A DNA stretch of 22,747 nt from Octopus sinensis (taxonomy: Eukaryota). Numbering within the stretch: position 1 is the first letter of the stretch; each line of letters begins with the position of its first letter. The notes under the pieces are model-generated. The model was not told the origin of the DNA. It searched no databases and saw only the letters and a program-made list of their open reading frames with translations. The stretch covers positions 1 through 22,747 of the forward strand of contig NW_021836761.1 in NCBI RefSeq assembly GCF_006345805.1, in the 5' to 3' direction. The position numbers and the translations under genes are program-made. Shown here piece after piece: positions 1-8,302 of the stretch.

Positions 1-119
1 TAATAATGATTATGATAATAATAAAATATATAAATAATAATATAATAATAATAATAATATTAATAATAATTATTGTCCTCTATTGCGTTTTTTGTTCCAT
101 ATATATATATATATATATA

Positions 120-164
<45 letters not shown>

Positions 165-273
165 AGGAAATACCCAATGATCAAAGTATGTATATATTTA
201 TACTTAGATAGAAATATCCAGCTGACCTCCTTGATATAGACCATGCTGTTTAATAATAATAATAATAATAATA
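1..273. repeat. (TAA)n and (TA)n microsatellites
   Basis: (TAA)n about 1-74 and 251-273; (TA)n about 109-160. Confidence 0.95.
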
Positions 274-274
274 T

Positions 275-450
275 AGGCGCAGGAGTGGCTGTGTGGTAAG
301 TAGCTTGGTAACCAACCACATGGTTCCGGGTTCAGTCCCACTGCGTGGCATCTTGGGCAAGTGTCTTCTGCTATAGCCCCGGGCCGACCAATGCCTTGTG
401 AGTGTATTCGGTAGACGGAAACTGAAAAAAGCCTGTCGTATATATGTATG
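275..450 (+). mobile_element. SINE family A, 5' half (tRNA-like head + CORE-like domain), split by an insertion
   Basis: A box TGGCTGTGTGG 286-296, B box GGTTCAGTCCC 329-339, CORE-like TCTTGGGCAAGTGTCTT. Matches the heads of the copies at 4207-4631, 12448-12883 and 17082-17493, and runs into the internal (TA)n spacer. Confidence 0.9.
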
Positions 451-451
451 T

Positions 452-535
452 AGAGGCCATCCGGATTCCCGTTTGCGCCGTGAACAGGAATTAATCTTCT
501 CTCTTCGCTCTTATATGCCATTTGGTCTCAACTCT
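452..535 (+). pseudogene. C-terminal remnant of a PLE GIY-YIG endonuclease
   Basis: RGHPDSRLRREQELIFSLRSYMPFGLNS fits the R..RE...I..L....P.GLN ending typical of Penelope GIY-YIG domains; recognised by eye. Confidence 0.7.
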
Positions 536-1183
536 CCCCCTCCTCATCTAACCTCCCCCCCGACCCCTACTTCTCTCTTCATCCTTCATCCTTTCACCCC
601 TACCTCTTCCCTTCTCCTTCCCCTCTTTCTTCTCCCTCCCTCCTTCTTCTCCCTCTTCCCCTTCCCTCTGCTCCCTCCCTCCCTTCCTCTCTCTCTCTCC
701 TCTCCCCCTCTCTCCTCTATCCTCCCTCCTCCCCCTCTCCCTCCTCTCTCCTCTCCTTCCTTCTCCCCCTCCTCTTCTCCTCTCCTTCTCCTTCCTCCCC
801 CCTCCCCTCCCCTCCTCTTCTCCCCTTTCCTTCTCCCTCTTCTCCCCCTCTCCCCTCCCATCTCCCCCCTCTTCTCCTCTCTCTACCTACAACACACCAT
901 ACGACTTTAACCACATCACATCATATATACATACACACGTCTAGACCTCTCATACGCACTAATACTCTCTCATACACACACACCCCACTCTCTCATACAC
1001 ACACACACACCCTTATGTTTGAGCGGGGGTCATTCAACCCTATTATCTCCCCTAATTTCGCTCTTGTGTCTCATGTTTGATCTTTGACTTCTGGCCGAAA
1101 TCAGATCGCCATGTTGATTCGCTAGCTTTTGCACGCATATTTTTTTTTCTCTCCTTCTCTTCTGTTTTTTTTTTCTCTGTGTA

Positions 1184-1222
1184 TCTTTTTCTGTTGAAGA
1201 GCGTAGGCTCGAAACTTAAAGA
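1184..1222 (+). ncRNA. Degenerate or atypical minimal hammerhead ribozyme-like motif
   Basis: TCTTTTT-CTGTTGA-A-GAGC(GTAG)GCTC-GAAAC-T-TA-AAGA: 4-bp stem II and GAAAC, but A6->U, no G at 16.2 and a weak stem I. Confidence 0.45.
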
Positions 1223-1353
1223 CTTGTGTCCATTTATATTTCCTGAGGGCCATACTAACAATTGTTGTTTGTATTCCACCTGCCCTTCCTTCGTCTTTTG
1301 TTTATTTCCTAAACCTGCCTTCGTCTTTCGTCTATTTTCATAAAGCTTACCGT

Positions 1354-1580
1354 TATATATGTGCATGTGTGTGTGTGTTTGTCCCCCTAGCATTGCTTGA
1401 CAACGGATGCTGGTGTGTTTACGTCCCCGTTACTTAGCGGTTCGGCAAAAGAGACCGATAGAATAAGTACTGGGCTTACAAAGATTAAGTCCTTGGGTCG
1501 ATTTGATCGACTAAAGGCAGTGCTCCAGCATGGCCGCAGTCAAATGACTGAAACAAGTAAAAGAGTAAAAGAGTAAAGAG
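1354..1580 (+). mobile_element. SINE family A, 3' half
   Basis: (TG)n, GTCCCCCTAGCATTGCTTGACAAC ... GCAGTGCTCCAGCATGGCCGCAGTCAAATGACTGAAACAAG and a (TAAAAGAG)n tail, colinear with 12660-12883. Confidence 0.92.

Positions 1581-1642
<62 letters not shown>
1581..1642. repeat. (ATA)n microsatellite
   Basis: Pure trinucleotide run. Confidence 0.95.
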
Positions 1643-1644
<2 letters not shown>

Positions 1645-1836
1645 TTTCTACTATAGGCACAAGGCCTGAAATTTGGGGGAGGGAGACAGTCGATTACAAC
1701 AGTACTCAACTGGTACTTAATTTATCGACCCTAAAAGGATGAAAGGCAAAGTCGACTTTGGCGGAATTTGAACTCAGAACGTAGCGACAGATGAAATACT
1801 GCTAAGCATTTTGCCCGGAGTGCTAACGATTCTACA
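1643..1836 (-). mobile_element. SINE family B (tRNA head + Deu/Nin-like domain)
   Basis: Reverse complement of the plus copy at 12047-12447: GTTCTGAGTTCAAATTCC B box and GCCTTTCATCCTTTTAGGGTCGATAAATTAAGTACC Deu/Nin-like core. Confidence 0.85.
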
Positions 1837-1921
1837 GTTTTATGACTCCCTTTGATCAGAGTTGGCTTGGAGTTAAACAATGAGAACAACAACAATAACA
1901 ACAACGACAACAGCAGCAGCA

Positions 1922-2116
1922 GTGGAGGCGCAATGGCCCAGTGGTTAGGGCAGCAGACTCGCAGTCGTAAGAACGCGATTTCGATTCCCAGACCGGACAT
2001 TGTGAGTGTTTATTGATCAAAAGCACCTAAGCTCCACAAGGCTCCGGTGGGGGTGGGGATGAACCCTGCTGTACTCTTTCACCACAACTTTCTCTCACTC
2101 TTTCTTCCTACTTCTG
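1922..2116 (+). mobile_element. SINE family C (OR-type, tRNA-derived), 3'-truncated
   Basis: GTGGAGGCGCAATGGCCCAGTGGTTAGGGCAG head; colinear with the complete copy at 6742-7131 up to CTTTCTTCCTACTTCTG. Confidence 0.88.
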
Positions 2117-2390
2117 CCACAAAGCAGAGGAACCATGGTGTAACCCACTATGGTGTGGTAAACTTTCAGACCCTAGTCTACATTGCGAATCCTCTGTACC
2201 CCAGGATGGTTCAGCTTTCCACCCGTTAAAAGCCACCGTTTACGGAATGAGGATAACAACGTAGCTTTCGCAACCGCCAGTCTACTGCGTGTGGTGGGTG
2301 GATCTTCAAGTTGCCACATGCATTCCTAGTAGCTTAGAGTAGGCTCAAATTAGAGATTAATCTTTGTGGATAATGGCGTGAGTCCTGATT

Positions 2391-2757
2391 GGAAGAAGAA
2401 GAAGAAGAAGAAGAAGAAGAAGAAGAAGAAGAAGAAGAAGAAGAAGAAGAAGAAGAAGAAGAAGAAGAAGAAGAAGAAGAAGAAAAGAAGAAGAAGAGAA
2501 AGAGAAGAAGAAGAAGAAGAAGAAGAAGAAAAAGAGAAGAAGAAGAAAAGAAGAAGAAGACAGAAGATAAGAAGAAAGAAGAGAAGAAGAAGAAGAAAGA
2601 AGAAGACGAAGAAGAAGAGAAGAAGGAGAAGAAGAAGGTGAAGAAGAAGAAGAAGAAGAAGAAGAAGAAGGAGAAGAAGAAGAAGAAGAAGAAGAAGATA
2701 GAAGAAAGAAGAAGAAGAAGAAGAAGAAGACAGCAGCAGCAGCGGCAGCAGCGGCAG
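2391..2757. repeat. ~340-nt (GAA)n polypurine tract followed by (CAG)n/(CGG)n
   Basis: Nearly pyrimidine-free from 2391 to 2730. Confidence 0.95.
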
Positions 2758-2889
2758 TAACCCCACCACAACAACACCTCCAGCATGTGTATGTTAGTTT
2801 ATCGATCCTCAGAAAAGCTGTAGTTACAAATGTTTCTACGTTTGGCACGAATCCATCCATTTCTTTTTATGGCAATTGGTTAGTCAGTT

Positions 2890-3045
2890 ACTCCAACGTG
2901 GTTGATTGCTACTTTATTTTATCGAGCCTCGGAAGGATAAGGGACAAAATAGACTCCAACGAGATTTGAACTCAGAAGATTAAGATCTGGAAGAAATACC
3001 ATTAAGAATCTTGGCGAATGCTCTAACCATTCTACCAATCTTCCA
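2890..3045 (-). mobile_element. Old degraded SINE family B copy
   Basis: TTTATCGAGCCTCGGAAGGAT ... GATTTGAACTCAGAA landmarks shared with the other B copies. Confidence 0.65.
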
Positions 3046-3095
3046 CTAACATAGGTTGATTTAGCTATGTCACTAAGCTCGCCTCCCTACCACCT

Positions 3096-3411
3096 AACTG
3101 GCACTCCATCGGTTACGACTACGAGAATTCCAGTCGATCCAATCAACAGAACAGCCTGCTCGTGAACTTGACGTACAAGTGGCTGAGCACTCCGCAAACA
3201 GGCGCACCCTTAACGTAAATTCTCGGGGAGATTCAGCGTGACACAAAATGTGACAGGTACTACTCATTTTTATTAGCTGAGCGGGCTGGAGCAACGGGAA
3301 ATAAAGTGTCTTGCTCAAGGACACATCACACCGCTAGCAATGGAACTCACGTCCTTACGTCCATGAGCCTTACGTCCATGAGCCCCCAACCACTAAGCCA
3401 CGTGCCTTCAC
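3096..3411 (-). mobile_element. SINE family D (tRNA head + CORE domain + tail shared with family C; OR2-like)
   Basis: Minus strand reads GTGAAGGCACGTGGCTTAGTGG (head), then GTGTCCTTGAGCAAGACACTT (CORE-like). The tail at 3101-3255 aligns to 6750-6903. Confidence 0.82.
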
Positions 3412-3494
3412 CCCTGTCAACTATTAGTTAGTTGACTGTAGTTCCTGCGGTGGGTTCTGTTAATAATTACAATATCATTTAATTGGGTTTTGCT

Positions 3495-4206
3495 GTACCG
3501 AACTTTACTCACCCCAGAAGGATATAAAGCAAAGTCATCTTCAGTGGGATTTGAACTCAGAACGTAAATAGTCGTAACTAAATATCAACATGGCCTCTGA
3601 CCAACATTCCGTATTTTGGTGGTGGATGTGGTGGTGGTGGCGGTGGTTTTTGATTTCGGCTCAAGCTCAGCAATTTTTGAGAGAAATGTCGGTTAGTCGA
3701 TTAAGTGAGACTCAGTTCTTGATGTTGTTTTGTTTCATCGACCCTAGAGGGATAAAAGGCAGAGTTGACCTACATGTATCGACCTACATGTATCGTCGGA
3801 ACAAATACCAACTCTCTAGCTATTCCACCAATCGACCGCCTTTATAATAGTGAAACCATTTTTTTTTCTCTAATTTTGGCAGTGGGCCTGCTACATCGAT
3901 CCAGAACGTGACTGGTACTTTATTTTATCGCTCCCGAAAGGATCTTTTGGCGGGATTTGAACTCAGAATAAAGGGTCGGAACAAAGAGCCCGAAATATTT
4001 TTATCAATGCTCTAAAATTTTTGCCAATCCTTTCTACTATAGCCACAAGGCCAGAAATTTTGAGGGAAGAGGTTAGTCAATTACATTGACCCCTAGAGTT
4101 CGACTGGTATTTATTTCATTGATGAAAAGAAAAGTCGACCTCAGTGGAATTGGAACCCAGAACGTGTAACTGAAAGAAATGCCGCTAAGTATTTTGCCCG
4201 GCGTGC
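3495..4206 (-). mobile_element. Cluster of about four degraded SINE family B fragments
   Basis: GATTTGAACTCAGAA-like B boxes near 3550, 3955 and 4150, with ATCGACCC/GAAAGGAT Nin-like motifs. The last copy is cut at 4206 by SINE A and appears to resume (TTGACGATT) at 4632. Confidence 0.65.
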
Positions 4207-4631
4207 CTTACTCTTTACTCTTTTACTCTTTTACTTGTTTCAGTCATTTGACTGCGGCCATGCTGGAGCACCGCCTTTAGTCGAGCAAATCGACCCCAGG
4301 ACTTATTCTTTGTCAGCCTAGTACTTATTCTATTAGTCTCCTCTGCAGAACCGCTAAGTTACGGGGACGTTAACACACCAGCATCGGTTGTCAAGCGATG
4401 TTGGGAGGACAAACACAGACACGCACGCACGCACACACACACACATATATATACATATACATATATACAACGGACTTCTTTCAGTTTCCGTCTACCAAAT
4501 CCACTCAAAAGGTTTCTGGTTGGCCCGAGGCTATAGAAGAAGACACTTGCCCAAGGTGCCACGCTGTGGGACTGAACCCGGAACCATGTGGTTGGTAAGC
4601 AAGCTACTTACCACACAGCCACTCCTACGCC
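4207..4631 (-). mobile_element. Complete SINE family A (~425 bp), nested in a family B head
   Basis: (CTTTTACT)n tail at 4207 through the head ending CCACTCCTACGCC at 4631. Confidence 0.92.
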
Positions 4632-4719
4632 TTGACGATTGTCTCTAATATAAGCAGGAGGCCTGAGATCTGGAGGAAAAAGTTAGTCGATTACGTCGAT
4701 CCCAGCACTTGACGAGTAC

Positions 4720-4770
4720 TCAAATGACTGAAACAAGTAAAAGAGTAAAAGAGTAAAAGAGTAAAAGAGA
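4720..4770 (+). mobile_element. Extreme 3' tail only of SINE family A (or its partner LINE)
   Basis: CAAATGACTGAAACAAG(TAAAAGAG)x4, joined to a family B fragment at about 4650-4719. Confidence 0.7.
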
Positions 4771-5368
4771 GAGAGAACTAACAGTAAAATGGAAAATGAC
4801 GTTTATTTTCACATACTTCCACTTCATTTATATTCGAAAAATGTTGTCCCACTTTGTTTTTTAATTTACAAAGTCGTTAACCAGACCCTACCACTTCGAA
4901 TATCATTTTAGCAAGTATAAGGTGATTTCGTTTGTGACGTAAACCATTTACCATTTCTTTGGGGTCCCCCACCCTCGCCTTCTGTTAATGCCCTAAGCAC
5001 GAGCTTATTTTGTTTAATAGTTAATCCAGCACTGCTTTAATTATATTTTCCTTCCCACTCCCCACCCCCGGAGGAATAATAAGCAAAAGTTAATTTCAGG
5101 GGGATTTGAACTCAGAGCAGTTCAGAAAATTCACAAGACATTTTGTTCGACGCTCTTTTGTTTTCCAAATCCACTTCACTCATTATATTGAGCTTATAAA
5201 GAGACATTCTCAGACACACAGACACACAGACAGACACCCATATAAGGTAACATTCAGTGACCAGAATAAAAATAATTCATTAGCATCAAGTCTGAGGTTT
5301 GTTTTATCGTTTATTCTGTTTAATTAACATGTACGTACGTAATTGTCGTTAAGTTTGAGGTGTTTGTC

Positions 5369-5530
5369 GAGGGGGGGAGAAGGGGGAGGAGAAAGAAGGG
5401 GAAGAAGAGAGGGGGGAGAGAGGGAGGGAGAGAGGGAGGGAGAGAGGGAGGGAGAGAGGGAGGGAGAGAGGGAGGGAAGAGAGGGAGGGAGAGAGAGGGA
5501 GGGAGAGAGGGAGGGAGAGAGGGAGGGAGA
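5369..5530. repeat. G-rich (GAGGGAGGGAGA)n purine tract
   Basis: 12-bp units with repeated GGG runs. Confidence 0.9.
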
Positions 5531-5809
5531 GATTGAGTGCAAAACGAGAGAGAGAAAGAGAGGTAGCGGGGAAGACTGATAGCGAAAGTGATAAGAGAGG
5601 GAGAGAGAAATGTGTGTGTGTGTGGGGGGGGGTGAGATGAGGAGGACGAGGAGGAGGAGGAGGAGAGTGGAAAAAAAAGAGAGATGAAAACCATGAATGC
5701 AATTACTACAAAAACAACTACAAAAAAAAAACAATAAATAACAGTAATAACAATAGGAATGGCGAGTACTGCATCGAAATACAAACAGCAACGATAACAA
5801 CAATATCAG

Positions 5810-5814
5810 CATCA

Positions 5815-5847
<33 letters not shown>

Positions 5848-5993
5848 GCTGCTGGCTGCTGATGATGATGATGATGATGATGATGATGCTAGTGATGGTG
5901 TTGCTGCTACTTTTATCACAATGAAAACCACCACCACTACTGCTGCTGCTGCTACTACTACTGCTACTGCTACAACAACAACAACACAACAAT

Positions 5994-6031
<38 letters not shown>

Positions 6032-6510
6032 TACTACCATAAACAATGTTGTAATTAAAAACCACCGTTATTAATTAGCCCTAGTCTCTCTTTATTAAGT
6101 TTGACAGAATTTCCGTGAGGGTGGGGATGACAGTGGGAATATGAGGGAGAGGGTACCTAAATAATTACCACCACCACCACCACCACCACTATCACGATCA
6201 TCCTCATCATCCTCATTTTCATCATCATCACCATGAAATAATCACCACCACCACCACCACCACCACCACCACCACCACCACCCCACCACCACCACCACCA
6301 TCATAACCACCAACATCATCACTCTCACCATCATCACTTTTATTATCATCACCACTGATACAGCCGCAAACATCAACACTACGACTGCCAAAGTTACCCA
6401 CTATACACAAAACACAAGCCATGTCATATACCTTCCACAATAAACCGTCACCACCACCACCACCACCACCACCACCACCAACCAACAACAACAACAACAA
6501 CAACAACATG
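5810..6510. repeat. Compound trinucleotide microsatellites (ACT, GAT, GCT, ACA, CAC, AAC)
   Basis: Seen directly in the sequence. Confidence 0.92.
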
Positions 6511-6741
6511 TCTGGGCCCCTCAATCACTCCGACAAAAAAAAATTAGCAGCGTATTTCGAATTAGCACTGGTTGCGCACACAAACCAATTACGCAATGAA
6601 ATGAAAATGAAAGACCATCTGGACGGGAGAAGAGCACAGTTGTTGTTGTTGTTGTCTTCGTCGTCGTCGTCATCGTCGTCGTGGTAGCTGTTGTAATTGT
6701 TTAACCCTGGGGTAAGATCGTCCCGTTTGTAATTACCTTAT

Positions 6742-7131
6742 GGATGGAAGCACTCCGTCGATTACGACGACGAGGGTTCCGGTTGATCCGATCAACGGAA
6801 CAGCCTGCTCGTGAAATTAACGTGTAAGTGGCTGAGCACTCCACAGACACGTGTACTCTTAACGTTGTTCTCGGGGATATTCAGCGTGACACAGAGAGTG
6901 ACAAGGCCGGCCCTTTGAAATACAGGTACAACAGAAACAGGAAGAAAGAGGGAGAGAAAGTTGTGGTGAAAGAGTACAGCAGGGATCACCACCATCCATC
7001 CCCTGCCGGAGCCTCGTGGAGCTTAGGTGTTTTCGCTCAATAAACACTCACAACGCCCGGTCTGGGAATCGAAACCGCGATCCTACGACCGCGAGTCCGC
7101 TGCCCTAACCACTGGGCCATTGCGCCTCCAC
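6742..7131 (-). mobile_element. Complete SINE family C (390 bp) with an 11-bp TSD
   Basis: AATTACCTTAT at 6731-6741 and 7132-7142. The tRNA-like head has A box GGCCCAGTGGTTAGG and B box GGTTTCGATTCCC. Confidence 0.93.
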
Positions 7132-8025
7132 AATTACCTTATAATCATATGATCAAAAGAAATCCAGGTGTGACCATTCCTTCATTCCTAAGGTTACATT
7201 GTCTAAAGCTGGATGTCGTTTGAGGAATATTCGGTTGCTGTTTCTAGCAGGTTGAGAGACCATGTAGCTACTCTCTCCATCGTTAGCTCCGACAGGCTCG
7301 GGTTAAGTACTTTGTTGTGGCAGCAAGCTCTAGACCCCACATTCTTTGAGTTGAATCCTCCTCAATTACCCTGGCACATATGAAATACTCTAAAATTGCA
7401 GCTCCAAACCTGGAGTTCACGGATGCTTGTCAGTCCACAAAAGTAGTATGGGGTGAGGTGGGGTGAGGTCCGGGAGCTGAATTCAGAATTTGTTGAGTAG
7501 ACAGACCTTTCAAAAACCTAGGGTGCGTCGAAAAATATACTTAAATAAAAGCAATCCTTGGTGAAGAAAGGGTTAGGAAATGTTATTCCACAACTCTACA
7601 ACTTTCACAACGGAGTGGAACACAATCTTTCACATTCAGTTCAGACATAATACATAATATAACAATCCCGGAACCACGTCATCTTAAGGAGCCCACTTCA
7701 CAGTTTCCATATATATGTATGTGTGTGTATGTATGTATGTATGTATGTATGTATGTATGTATGTATGTATATATATACACACACACACACACAACACACA
7801 CACACACAAATATTTCTAAATCTCTCTAAAGGAGACTATGGCAGCGGTACTGGATATTAATAGTTATCGCCAAGCTAACATGGCAGTCCAGGAAAATAGG
7901 ACGAATGCTGCCGTTGATTAGTTCCAAGAGGCCATCGCCTCTAGCTAGCTATGTGACACACGAATCTGTGTCCATTATAACCTTCGAATAGGGGAGGTCA
8001 GCCGCTTTCTCTTGCTGATCTGGCA

Positions 8026-8068
8026 TCTACAGACTAGTTTCGGGGTATTTTCCCCTTATCAATGTAGA
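8026..8068 (-). ncRNA. Type I hammerhead ribozyme (minimal stem III, U3-A8 core variant)
   Basis: Minus strand: TCTACA-TTGATAA-GGGG(AAAATA)CCCC-GAAA-C(TA)G-TC^TGTAGA. It has a 6-bp stem I, 4-bp GC stem II, palindromic ACTAGT stem III and a GUC cleavage triplet. Confidence 0.85.
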
Positions 8069-8133
8069 GCAGCCAAACCCAGCAGGCGTCGCTGCTGACC
8101 GTCTGTTCGAAGGATTATTCACCTAAATTCAGT

Positions 8134-8251
8134 ACTTATTTTTTTGTACTTGGTACATATTCTATCGGGGTCTTTTGGCGAATCACTAAGTTACAGGGAC
8201 GGAGACACACAGAAGCAAAGACATACATACATAGATTCGTATGTATCTATA

Positions 8252-8285
<34 letters not shown>

Positions 8286-8290
8286 TATGT
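8134..8290 (-). mobile_element. Old SINE family A, 3' body fragment plus spacer
   Basis: ACTTATT...TTCTATCGGGGTCTTTTGGCGAATCACTAAGTTACAGGGAC aligns with minus-strand A copies such as 4300-4370. Confidence 0.65.
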
Positions 8291-8302
8291 GCGTGTTTTA
8301 TA

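Larger units (their letters stand above)
451..1353 (+). mobile_element. 5'-truncated Penelope-like element (PLE) inside the SINE A spacer
   Basis: Starts with a GIY-YIG-like C-terminal peptide, then a polypyrimidine tract (~536-885) and a T-rich 3' region with a hammerhead-like motif at 1191-1218. SINE A resumes at 1354. TATATATGT occurs at 439-447 and 1354-1362 (possible low-complexity TSD). Confidence 0.7.

Noticed and set aside
2255-2335. HDV-like ribozyme on the minus strand (GG-CAAC...GTTG-C-GAA-AGCTAC)
   Set aside because: The P4 and J4/2 pattern looks right, but no upstream complements for P1 (GCATGCA) or P2 (GTAGCT) exist on that strand.
398-6687. Long low-complexity ORFs (398-910, 586-861, 2334-2860, 5320-5815, 6228-6687)
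   Set aside because: These are translations of microsatellites and purine/pyrimidine tracts; only 452-535 has a recognisable motif.
7838-7914. Opposite-polarity hammerhead, HDV-like or twister ribozyme (GTCC-AGGAAAATA-GGAC-GAA; ATGGCAGCG/TGCTGCCGT stem)
   Set aside because: There is no CUGANGA-like core before the stem, and GAAT replaces GAAA. The HDV P1/P3 elements and twister motifs could not be placed. It may be just a structured part of the same element.
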